From contig JAQVPJ010000008.1 of the NCBI GenBank assembly GCA_028702135.1, positions 11,861 to 75,860 of the forward strand: 64,000 nt of DNA. The letters are read 5' to 3'. The position numbers were made by a program, and so were the translations under genes. Below the pieces are notes generated by a model. That model was not told the origin of the DNA. It saw only the letters and a list, made by a program, of their open reading frames with translations, and did no database searches. The stretch comes from Eubacteriales bacterium. Its GTDB lineage: Bacteria; Bacillota; Clostridia; Oscillospirales; CAG-382. Shown here in pieces: positions 19,596 through 28,256 of this stretch (the first letter of the stretch is position 1; every line of letters begins with the position of its first letter).

Positions 19596-20717
19596 ATGGG
19601 TGTATATATGCTTTTACCAAAGGAACCTTATAAAAAAATCGCCGTAGTATTATTTTATATCGCGGTGATCTGCCTTGCATTTTACTTATTTTTCAAATAT
19701 CTTTTCGGATTGATTATGCCGTTTTTAATCGCATACCTTCTTGCAGCAGCCCTTCAGCCTGTTGTTCGCTTTATAAGCAAGCACGCAAAAGTACCAAAAA
19801 AGCTCTCGGTCCTGGTATTGGTCATTGTTGTGACAACTCTGCTTGGGATGATTTGCTATTTTGCTATCGATCGTATTTATACCGAACTGACTGTTCTGTC
19901 ACAGAATGTTAAGGGTTTTATCGATCGTGTTCGCTCTGATGAGCAATATGCAAAGGATCTTATAGAAAAAATATCCAATGCCATACCGTTTGTGGATATG
20001 AGGCAACGGCTTAACGATATCTGGCAGAACCTGGACAGCTCGCTTGAATCGGCACTGTTATCCGTTGCTGATAAGTTGAGCGGTTCGGTACTCCCGATTT
20101 TAGGAAGCCTGATCGCCTTTGTTCCGAACGCCCTGCTTGCCATTGTTATCGTTATTCTTTCAACCTATTATTTTGCAGTTGATTTTCAAAAAATAAACCG
20201 CTTCATCATTGCACAGCTGCCCGAAAAAGCGGCAAAGAACCTTAAGCTTTTCCGCGAGGAGTTTATAGATACGATTTTAAAATTCCTTAGGGCATATGGT
20301 TTGATTACACTCATAACTTTTCTCGAATTATTTGTTGCATTTACTGTTTTAGGTATTAAATACGCTTTTCTTATTGCCCTGGTCATCGCCGTTATCGATA
20401 TACTACCGGTTCTCGGAACCGGCACGGTGTTGATCCCCTGGTCTATATTCCTGCTTTTGATAGGAGATTATTATACCGGAATCGCATTAATTATAGTTTA
20501 TATCGTTATCGCAGTGATACGGCAGATTATCGAGCCGAAAATTGTTGGTAAGTATATCGGCCTTTACCCTCTGCTTACTCTTGTTGCCATGTATACCGGC
20601 TTAAGGGTTATGGGTGTTTTGGGCTTAATAACGTTCCCGTTGATAATTATAATTGTTAAAAAGTTAAATGACGACGGAAAGCTGCATCTGTTTAAAAACC
20701 CGGACGAGGAAAAATAG
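19596..20717 (+). CDS. ytvI: AI-2E family transporter / sporulation integral membrane protein YtvI-like
   Basis: Polytopic membrane protein with the AI-2E/PerM-like layout. The track start at 19548 (GTG) is too close to the tRNA promoter region. ATG 19596 or ATG 19608 is more plausible. Confidence 0.75.
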   Translation: MGVYMLLPKEPYKKIAVVLFYIAVICLAFYLFFKYLFGLIMPFLIAYLLAAALQPVVRFISKHAKVPKKLSVLVLVIVVTTLLGMICYFAIDRIYTELTVLSQNVKGFIDRVRSDEQYAKDLIEKISNAIPFVDMRQRLNDIWQNLDSSLESALLSVADKLSGSVLPILGSLIAFVPNALLAIVIVILSTYYFAVDFQKINRFIIAQLPEKAAKNLKLFREEFIDTILKFLRAYGLITLITFLELFVAFTVLGIKYAFLIALVIAVIDILPVLGTGTVLIPWSIFLLLIGDYYTGIALIIVYIVIAVIRQIIEPKIVGKYIGLYPLLTLVAMYTGLRVMGVLGLITFPLIIIIVKKLNDDGKLHLFKNPDEEK

Positions 20718-20774
20718 TTATATAAATAAATTCATGTTTTTACTGCACTATTCCAAATAACCACATAAAAAATA

Positions 20775-20805
20775 ACCCGGCGGACAGAATCCGTCGGGTT
20801 TTATT
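20775..20805. terminator. bidirectional intrinsic terminator between convergent ytvI and DUF4956 genes
   Basis: ACCCGGCGGA, loop CAGAA, TCCGTCGGGT (10 bp stem with one G-U). An A-run lies on the left and TTTTATT on the right. Confidence 0.75.
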
Positions 20806-20811
20806 CACATT

Positions 20812-21486
20812 TTAAATCGGTGTGTTTCTGCAGTCGACAAGCGTGACATCCGTAACGTCAGGAATCTTCTTCAACGCCGAAACGAGCTTGTGATGCGATA
20901 AGCCTATTCTTATTTCATAAATCGCTTCGAAATGCCGCTCGTTCTCTGTTATGGAGGAAACCCTGTTTCTGATTCCGTTTTCAACGAACATTTTTGCGAC
21001 TATTCCAAGAGCGGCATCCGTGTTTGTACGTACAATCAAAAGATAGGAGGAAGCCGTATGGCTTATCAATTTAAGTGAAACAAAGGTCAGAAACCCTATG
21101 ACAAGTGTTCCTAATATGGTTAATATAAAATATCCCGCCCCCGCTGTAATGCCTGCAGCGACAGCCCAAAACATAAACGCGGTGTCAGACGCCTCCTTTA
21201 TCGCCGTTCTGAAACGGACGATGCTCAAAGCTCCGACCATACCGAGTGATAATGCAAGGTTTGATGAAATTGTCAGTACGATCAGGGCGCTTATCGTGGA
21301 AATCATAAGGAGGGTACCTTCAAAACTGCGGTTAAACGATATACCCTTAAACGTAATCCGGTAGATTAGCAGTATGAACAAACCCGCAAGAAAAGCTATT
21401 CCAAGTGAAAACAGAATGTCGGAAACGCTTATCTCCGCCGAAAAGCCCTCCAGCACGCTTTTTTTAATTGCATCTAAAATACTCAT
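20812..21486 (-). CDS. DUF4956 domain membrane protein
   Basis: 224 aa with several TM helices and the core MVGALSIVRFRTAIKEASDTAFMFWAVAAGITAGAG. Last gene of the cotH-VTC operon. Confidence 0.7.
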   Translation of the reverse strand: MSILDAIKKSVLEGFSAEISVSDILFSLGIAFLAGLFILLIYRITFKGISFNRSFEGTLLMISTISALIVLTISSNLALSLGMVGALSIVRFRTAIKEASDTAFMFWAVAAGITAGAGYFILTILGTLVIGFLTFVSLKLISHTASSYLLIVRTNTDAALGIVAKMFVENGIRNRVSSITENERHFEAIYEIRIGLSHHKLVSALKKIPDVTDVTLVDCRNTPI

Positions 21487-21503
21487 TAGGTATACTCCTT
21501 ATA

Positions 21504-22202
21504 TTAATATTTTCCCGCGGGCAGCCGTATGTTCTCGGTGCAGAGCGCGTATTTTGATACGGATAAGGGCAACACATCAGCACAGCAAAGCCTGCGTATC
21601 AGCGTTGGTAGCTTATTCCCGTATTTTATCTCCATTATTACGGAAATCGGATTAATTGCCGGGATTCCCTGACGCTTATCGTTAAAAAGGCTGTCCATGT
21701 CGCCGGGGACCGATTCCACTCTTGTATCAAAGGTTACTCTGACATCAGTACCCTCTAAAAAGAAAGCTTCTCTGCGGTAACGTACGGTTACGGCAGGGCG
21801 TACCCCCTTGGACTGCATTTCCGCCGCAAGCGGCATAAGCTTTTCGGAAAAACCCTCAACCGTAAACGGCGAATCCATCAATAAGCGCAGCTCGTCTTTC
21901 GATATGACCAGACTGCTTTTGCTTGTCACAATGCCGTTCTTTTTTTTCTTTTCTAATCTTATAAAATCATCCGAAAAATCATAGGTGCGTATACGGAACT
22001 TAGTATGAGCGGAAAGTCCGTCCGCTTTCTCATAATAAGCAGTTTTGTAAAAGTCGTCAAAATAAAGGCTTGTAACCGTATAGCTGCCGTTTATATAATG
22101 AATATCGGGACGAAGTGCAGAAGATACACGGCTTTTGACAAGGCTGTAAATTCTATAGTCGAGTATAAATTTTTCCTCACGCCTTGAACGCATATACTGC
22201 AA
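21504..22202 (-). CDS. VTC-domain (polyphosphate polymerase-like, CYTH/triphosphate-tunnel) protein
   Basis: 232 aa with an REEKFIL N-terminus, FRIRTY and LEKKKKNG strands typical of bacterial VTC-domain proteins. There is an 8 nt gap after the cotH stop. Confidence 0.7.
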   Translation of the reverse strand: MQYMRSRREEKFILDYRIYSLVKSRVSSALRPDIHYINGSYTVTSLYFDDFYKTAYYEKADGLSAHTKFRIRTYDFSDDFIRLEKKKKNGIVTSKSSLVISKDELRLLMDSPFTVEGFSEKLMPLAAEMQSKGVRPAVTVRYRREAFFLEGTDVRVTFDTRVESVPGDMDSLFNDKRQGIPAINPISVIMEIKYGNKLPTLIRRLCCADVLPLSVSKYALCTENIRLPAGKY

Positions 22203-22210
22203 TTCCCCCC

Positions 22211-25200
22211 TTATATTTGAAAACCAAGCTCCGTCATCTTTGCATCGTTCAGCGAAAAATAATTCTTAATATAGTTGTATAACTGTTCATGACGGTTTTC
22301 CTGAAAGGTTATCAGAATCTGGATTTGTTTATCCCAATAGCTGTAGGAATACTCCCATCTCTCGCAGTCCCGCTTCATATCATCGTTTATAAGCTCCTTA
22401 AGCTCATTGATACGGCCAAGCACCTTTTCGTTTGTCCATATATTCTGCATCTGCCAAGCCATTCTTGTAAGAAACTGCTCTTTGAAGTTCTGATTTTTTA
22501 AAAGAGAATTAATAAGCCTTGTGGAAAACGCGTTCATTGCACCGGTTCCCTCCGGATTAAGGTGCTCAAAAATCGAGTTGTGCCTGAAATCCAAAAAAGC
22601 CCAGTCAAGATCATAGAATATCCATCGCCATTTACCGTCAAGTTCGCTGCTCTTGAAAAAACGTATGTTGCCGTTGTCGGTATTGGCGACATACATCTCG
22701 GCACAGATATAATCAATATAGTTTTCTATATCTATTTTAGAGGCAACATAATTATAATGCTCCTCATCGGCCAGGTTATAACGGCTTACATACGATATGA
22801 GTTCCTTGTATTCTGCGCTTGAGTTTCCGTTCGCCACCGAAAGGATTACGGATTCCTCGGATATATTATAATTACCTGCGATATAGTTCTCGTTTATTTT
22901 TTCGCGTATATAGTATATACCCCAGTATTCGCCGTTGAGATATAAAATAACCGGACGGTATTTTTGAACGTCCACCGTTGTGTTTTCCGCAACAAGAGAT
23001 GTCATCATCTCATCACGAATTCTCGCCCTGTTGTAATCCTGACCCATATTTCTCAAGACAAACGCCTCGTAAACAGAAAGATCGCTGTCCTTGAAAAGCC
23101 GATATTTCAACTCTGAAGCTCCGTACTGTCCCCTGAAAAAGCAGGTAAAAGATTTCTTCTCGGCAGCCCTCGAATAAGCTCCGAATATTCTTATTCCACA
23201 GGGTTCCGAAAAACCGGTACCGTCCGACGCAAAAAAAGCAACCGTCGCTTTTTTCTCCCACTTTTGCCAAAAATTCGCTCCGACATACGGAAAGACGGGG
23301 TCGGCGTTCGGACCTTTTTCATAAATTCCGGTATAGTAGTTCCACAAATTTTCGGGTTCTGTCACAAGTGAAACTACCTCAAGCTTATCATTCTCATTTA
23401 TTATATAGCTAAGATCAAGCACCTCACTGGGAAGATGCCCCTGTTCAAAACAGCGTGCCCGTATAATCGTGGTTTTGTCTATTATGATAGGAGATTTATA
23501 AGCAGGTGAGGCTGCGGTAGGCTCGGTACAGTCGAGTGTATACCTGACAGTCCCTTTACCTCTGAGCTCTACGCTCAATGAGCCCGTGTTGTTATATACA
23601 CCCGGTTCCAGAACAGCTTCGGGCTTTTCTGCTCTCTCAGCTAATTCGGAAGCGTTTTCCTTTTTCGGAGTAGCCTCCGACAAATAGCCGAATCCATCCC
23701 TGCCACCAGCCCTTCCATATGACATTCCCCCCTCAAGTGCGGGAATTGCGATACAATCGATCACTTCTCCACCGCTTGAAAGGTAGACAGTCTCTCCCTG
23801 TGCCGAGAGTGCGAATGGTAGGACCTCATAACCGGAGGGAGTGTTAACACCGTCAGATGAGAGAATAAGAACGATATATCCCCCTGCGGCAACCTTTATA
23901 TCGGGCAGAGCCGCTAAATTCAGGTTGTCTGAATCATCAGATAAATATAGCCCTGAAAGTGACAGTTCCTTGTTTGAATTATTATGGAGCTCAATAAAAT
24001 CATGGTAGGTACCGTAAGGGCCGGGAATATACCGGTTGTTTACCGAAACTACTTCGGAAATCTCTATTCCCTCCGGTCTGACCTTTTTGTTATAGTCATC
24101 CCTGCCGAAATCATCGTTGGGAAAGCCGAGGCTCGGATTTTGAGCAATATAACTCCCGTCACCTGCGTCGTCAATATATTGCCAGCTTTTTCCTCTCCCC
24201 GCAGGAGCGACGCTTAATATCTCGCTCTGCTTCTTTTCGGGCGTCATGAGGTAAACACACTCACCCTGAGAAAGTGAAAAGTTGGCATGTATACCATCAT
24301 CAGGGGTTTTCCTGCTGTCCGCAATTATACATATGCATTCGTGAGCTTTTAAAATCGTCTCCGGGATACTGTACTTATACGGGTTTAATTCGTCGTCCGA
24401 CAAAAACCAGCCCTTTGTGGAGACCTCGTTTTCCGAGATATTCATGAGCTCTATCACATCACAAACCTTTCCGCCGTATGCGAGCTCATCCGTCGACAGA
24501 AGCAGCTCGCTTATTATAATAGCAGCGTTTCGGTCTATTCTGCTCTCGGTAAATGCGAGTATACCATCCTCGGTGTTGTCGAAGCCGGGGGAGGGACTCA
24601 TCTGCTTATAAACGATATTTCCGTCATCATCGGTTGTCCGGCAGATCGAAATGTTGTCCCCTATCCGTTCAACATCAACGCTTGTATACCTTCCGTCAGG
24701 TCCTGACAGCACTGCCACTTCCCCCTCCGACAACCCGAAGGATGCGTGAATCTCGCTGTCATTATAACTGCTCTTTCCGTCACAAAACACAAGAAGATAC
24801 TCACCGGGCATAAGGGTTATGTCAGGTAGAGCGTATCTGTGCGGATTTCCTAAATTGTCGGAAACATACCAGCCACTTGTCGATGCTGCCGCCGACGATA
24901 TATTTTTTATCTCAATTATATCAGAAAAGTTACCCTCTCTGTCAGGCAACGCAGATTTGTTTGATGTTATCAACTCGCTGATTGTAAAGATGCCTGAAAC
25001 ATCTGTAAGACTGCGTTGATAAGAGGCTATTCCCTCCTCTGTGTTCGGGTATCCGGGGCTCGCCTTTGCAGTAACCTCATATGTGCCGTCCTTCAACACC
25101 ATGACCATATCACTGTCCATCTCGATGGTAGTGACCGAAGCACACACGTCACCTCCGGGTGACAGAAAATATAAATTCTCTCCGCCCTCACCCTTCAGGG

Positions 25201-25585
25201 AAAATGCGACATTCGTACCGTCGAGGAAAATAAGCATATACTGCCCCGAAGCGAATTCCCTGCTGCCGAAAACGTATTTTACTTCCTTAAATGCGTTGTC
25301 GGACAGTGCGAAGCCGTTTAAATCAAAGCTGATTCCGGCGTTGTAGAGCTCTATATAATCACTGTATCTGCCGTTTGAATCGCATATTATTGAGCGGTTC
25401 CGAGTGCAGACCTCTGTAATGTTTACCTTTATATTCTCAATATTGCCATCAAAGACCACGGGCGTGCCAATGACGCGGGAAAGCAATACTCCTACGCATA
25501 CCGCAAGCATTACGCAGCAGGCAAGAAGAACTGCAATCATCGCATCCCGCTTCTGCGAGCGGGGAATTTTTCTCTTTAAATCCAT
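22211..25585 (-). CDS. cotH: membrane-anchored CotH-family atypical kinase with four lamin-tail domains and a chitobiase/Fn3-associated-like domain
   Basis: 1124 aa with an N-terminal TM anchor (residues about 15-37). Four LTD-like repeats (ISE..., D.IEL.N, GW.LSD). The C-terminal roughly 400 aa is CotH-like (FRGQYG...LRNMGQD...YLNGEYWGIYYIREK). Confidence 0.8.
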   Translation of the reverse strand: MDLKRKIPRSQKRDAMIAVLLACCVMLAVCVGVLLSRVIGTPVVFDGNIENIKVNITEVCTRNRSIICDSNGRYSDYIELYNAGISFDLNGFALSDNAFKEVKYVFGSREFASGQYMLIFLDGTNVAFSLKGEGGENLYFLSPGGDVCASVTTIEMDSDMVMVLKDGTYEVTAKASPGYPNTEEGIASYQRSLTDVSGIFTISELITSNKSALPDREGNFSDIIEIKNISSAAASTSGWYVSDNLGNPHRYALPDITLMPGEYLLVFCDGKSSYNDSEIHASFGLSEGEVAVLSGPDGRYTSVDVERIGDNISICRTTDDDGNIVYKQMSPSPGFDNTEDGILAFTESRIDRNAAIIISELLLSTDELAYGGKVCDVIELMNISENEVSTKGWFLSDDELNPYKYSIPETILKAHECICIIADSRKTPDDGIHANFSLSQGECVYLMTPEKKQSEILSVAPAGRGKSWQYIDDAGDGSYIAQNPSLGFPNDDFGRDDYNKKVRPEGIEISEVVSVNNRYIPGPYGTYHDFIELHNNSNKELSLSGLYLSDDSDNLNLAALPDIKVAAGGYIVLILSSDGVNTPSGYEVLPFALSAQGETVYLSSGGEVIDCIAIPALEGGMSYGRAGGRDGFGYLSEATPKKENASELAERAEKPEAVLEPGVYNNTGSLSVELRGKGTVRYTLDCTEPTAASPAYKSPIIIDKTTIIRARCFEQGHLPSEVLDLSYIINENDKLEVVSLVTEPENLWNYYTGIYEKGPNADPVFPYVGANFWQKWEKKATVAFFASDGTGFSEPCGIRIFGAYSRAAEKKSFTCFFRGQYGASELKYRLFKDSDLSVYEAFVLRNMGQDYNRARIRDEMMTSLVAENTTVDVQKYRPVILYLNGEYWGIYYIREKINENYIAGNYNISEESVILSVANGNSSAEYKELISYVSRYNLADEEHYNYVASKIDIENYIDYICAEMYVANTDNGNIRFFKSSELDGKWRWIFYDLDWAFLDFRHNSIFEHLNPEGTGAMNAFSTRLINSLLKNQNFKEQFLTRMAWQMQNIWTNEKVLGRINELKELINDDMKRDCERWEYSYSYWDKQIQILITFQENRHEQLYNYIKNYFSLNDAKMTELGFQI

Positions 25586-25653
25586 ATCAGCTCCGTAAAA
25601 AACCTATATACAACTATCCGCCGTTATTCGCGACAACGGAAAAAACAAATATA

Positions 25654-25685
25654 GCAGGATATAACAATATTTTGTCATATCCTGC
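25654..25685 (-). terminator. intrinsic terminator after nfnB
   Basis: GCAGGATAT, a 14 nt loop, ATATCCTGC. On the minus strand it is followed by TATATTTGTTTTTT. Confidence 0.55.
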
Positions 25686-25735
25686 ATTTTATTATATCCT
25701 TTTGTAAGTTTTATGTCAACTGAAAACAACAAATT

Positions 25736-27145
25736 TTATATTCTATTCGTATTGTATTCGTTTTTTGAAGATATATACTCATCTATCGCCGCAGCAGCCG
25801 TTTTTCCGGCTCCCATAGCAAGTATTACGGTTGCCGCGCCGGTCACGGCGTCACCTCCGGCGAAGACGCCCTCTCGCGAGGTCCTTCCGCTCTCATCTGT
25901 GATTATGCCTCCCCATTTTTCGGTGTCGAGTTTATCCGTGGTGGATTTAATAAGCGGGTTCGGAGAAGTTCCGAGAGCCATGATAACGCAATCGGCTTCG
26001 ATAACAAACTCACTGTCCGGCTTTACTACGGGTCTGCGTCTTCCGGATGCATCAGGTTCGCCTAAGGTCATCTCAACGCACTTGATTCCGCTGACAAAAT
26101 TCTTCTCGTCGGGTAAAATCTCTGTCGGATTGGTAAGAAGCTTGAAAATTACTCCCTCTTCCTTTGCATGCTCCACCTCCTCCGACCTCGCGGGCAGTTC
26201 AGCCTCCGAGCGGCGGTAAACAATATACACCTCGTCTGCGCCTAACCTTTTAGCACAGCGGGCGGCGTCCATGGCAACGTTTCCTCCGCCTACTACCGCA
26301 ACTTTTTTTGCGTTCATAACCGGCGTGTCGCTCTCGCTTCTGTATGCTTTCATCAGGTTAACCCTCGTCAGGAATTCGTTTGCCGAATAAACTCCCTTGA
26401 GATTTTCCCCGCTTATACCCATAAATTTCGGAAGCCCTGCCCCAGAACCTATAAAAACAGCCTCAAAACCATCCTCGAACAAATCGTCTATCGACAGCAC
26501 CTTTCCGATAACCATATTAGTTTCGATTTTCACTCCGAGATTCAGTAATCCCTCAACTTCTTTTTGCACTATCGCCTTTGGAAGTCTGAATTCGGGAATA
26601 CCGTATACAAGAACGCCTCCGGCAAGGTGAAGTGCTTCAAAAACTGTTACATCATAACCTTTTCTTGCAAGATCTCCTGCACAGGTAAGCCCTGCGGGAC
26701 CCGAACCTATCACTGCCACACGATGACCGTTGGAAGCAGGCTTTACGGCTTTTTCCGTATTGGCGAAGTTGTGTCTGTCTGCAACAAACCTCTCAAGCCT
26801 TCCGATAGCCACCGGTTCGCCCTTTATCCCCCGCACGCATACCTTCTCGCACTGGGTTTCCTGAGGGCAGACCCTGCCGCAGACTGCGGGTAGCGAGCTT
26901 GATTCGGCGATTATTTCATACGCTCTCTCAAAATTACCCTCGGTAATCTCCTTTATAAACGAGGGTATGTTTATGCTTACGGGACACCCTGCGATACATG
27001 GCATATGCTTGCAGTTAAGGCAGCGTTTTGCTTCGTCGACTGCCTGTTCTTCGGTATATCCGAGCGCAACCTCCGAGAAATTTTTATTTCTCTCGGACGG
27101 CTCCTGTACGGGCATCTCGTTCTTTTTTAACGACATATTCGGCAT
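25736..27145 (-). CDS. nfnB: NADH-dependent reduced ferredoxin:NADP oxidoreductase subunit B (GltD-like, 2x[4Fe-4S] + FAD)
   Basis: 469 aa with an N-terminal Cys cluster (CLNCKHMPCIAGCP...CGRVCPQETQCEKVC) and two dinucleotide folds (VAVIGSGPAG, VAVVGGGNVAMD). Paired with nfnA. Confidence 0.85.
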   Translation of the reverse strand: MPNMSLKKNEMPVQEPSERNKNFSEVALGYTEEQAVDEAKRCLNCKHMPCIAGCPVSINIPSFIKEITEGNFERAYEIIAESSSLPAVCGRVCPQETQCEKVCVRGIKGEPVAIGRLERFVADRHNFANTEKAVKPASNGHRVAVIGSGPAGLTCAGDLARKGYDVTVFEALHLAGGVLVYGIPEFRLPKAIVQKEVEGLLNLGVKIETNMVIGKVLSIDDLFEDGFEAVFIGSGAGLPKFMGISGENLKGVYSANEFLTRVNLMKAYRSESDTPVMNAKKVAVVGGGNVAMDAARCAKRLGADEVYIVYRRSEAELPARSEEVEHAKEEGVIFKLLTNPTEILPDEKNFVSGIKCVEMTLGEPDASGRRRPVVKPDSEFVIEADCVIMALGTSPNPLIKSTTDKLDTEKWGGIITDESGRTSREGVFAGGDAVTGAATVILAMGAGKTAAAAIDEYISSKNEYNTNRI

Positions 27146-27187
27146 TATATATTTATTCCTTTCCGCAAAAATAATTCTTAATGCAAT

Positions 27188-28021
27188 TTATTTATTAAGC
27201 AGATTGCACGTGCTTTCATAAGCATGCTTTTCAAAAGGTTTATACATCGACGCGCGATCCATCGCCTCGTCAAAGTCTACAAGATGACCGTCAAAATCAG
27301 GCCCATCTACGCAGGCAAACTTCACCTTGCCGCCAACGGTAACCCTGCACCCTCCGCACATCCCAGTGCCGTCTATCATTATGGGATTCATGCTTACTGT
27401 CGTCTTTACTCCGTATTCCTTTGTAAGAATGCATACAAATTTCATCATAATCATAGGACCGATGACAATGACCTCGTCGTATTTCTCGCCGCTGTCGAGC
27501 AGACGCTTGAGCGCATTTGTCACAACTCCCTTTTCCCCGTAGCTGCCATCGTCTGTCATAACGAACAGCTTGTCGGAAACGGCTCTGAACTCGTCCTCAA
27601 GTATAAGTAAGTCTTTGGTTCTTGCGCCGATTATTGAATGTACCTCGGTGCCCTGTGCGTACAGCTTCTTTGCGATAGGATAAGCTATCGCACAGCCCAC
27701 TCCTCCGCCTACAACGGCAACCTTTTTCAAACCTTCTGTCTCCGTTGCTTTTCCCAAAGGACCTACAAAATCGCTGATATATTCACCCTCGTTCTTCTCT
27801 CCGAGCTTTTTTGTCGTTGCACCGACAATCTGAAATATAATCGTAACAGTGCCTTTTTCCCTGTCAAAATCGGCGATAGTAAGCGGAATACGCTCACCCT
27901 CGTCGTCAACCCTTAAAATAACAAACTGTCCGGGCTCGGCTTTTTTTGCCACAAGAGGAGCATATATATCCATAAGGGTGACGGTGGGATTCAGACTGAT
28001 TTTCCTGTTTATTTTATACAT
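27188..28021 (-). CDS. nfnA: NfnA / sulfide dehydrogenase SudB-like ferredoxin-NADP reductase subunit
   Basis: PyrK-like FNR fold (GERIPLTIADFD) with a C-terminal CGGCRV...C cluster. The start is set at MYKINRK (ATG 28021). The upstream 28 codons of the track ORF look non-native. Confidence 0.82.
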   Translation of the reverse strand: MYKINRKISLNPTVTLMDIYAPLVAKKAEPGQFVILRVDDEGERIPLTIADFDREKGTVTIIFQIVGATTKKLGEKNEGEYISDFVGPLGKATETEGLKKVAVVGGGVGCAIAYPIAKKLYAQGTEVHSIIGARTKDLLILEDEFRAVSDKLFVMTDDGSYGEKGVVTNALKRLLDSGEKYDEVIVIGPMIMMKFVCILTKEYGVKTTVSMNPIMIDGTGMCGGCRVTVGGKVKFACVDGPDFDGHLVDFDEAMDRASMYKPFEKHAYESTCNLLNK

Positions 28022-28070
28022 TTTATACCCTGCCTCTCTTAATATACCTTTATAAATTATCATGCAAAAA

Positions 28071-28112
28071 ACTATCAATCGATAGTATAGCATATTAGTT
28101 TTCATCCTGCAA
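28071..28112 (-). promoter_or_regulatory. nfnAB promoter with an overlapping 16-bp near-palindrome
   Basis: The minus strand reads TTGCAG, a 17 nt spacer, then TATACT (28084-28112). The palindrome ACTATCGATTGATAGT (28071-28086, one mismatch) overlaps the -10 and +1 region. Confidence 0.45.
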
Positions 28113-28129
28113 GAATTTATTTTCCGTGG

Positions 28130-28158
28130 TTGATTTTACTATTTGTTTATTATATAAT
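28130..28158 (+). promoter_or_regulatory. sigma-A promoter for mtaD-ahcY
   Basis: TTGATT, a 17 nt spacer, then TATAAT. Lies about 100 nt upstream of the mtaD ATG, back-to-back with the nfnAB promoter. Confidence 0.5.
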
Positions 28159-28256
28159 GTTGTCAATTATACAAATATTTTATACTTATAAATTAAAATA
28201 CCTACAAATGAATTTAAAGATTAAACACTCCGATGAAAGGAATGTCATAAAATAAT

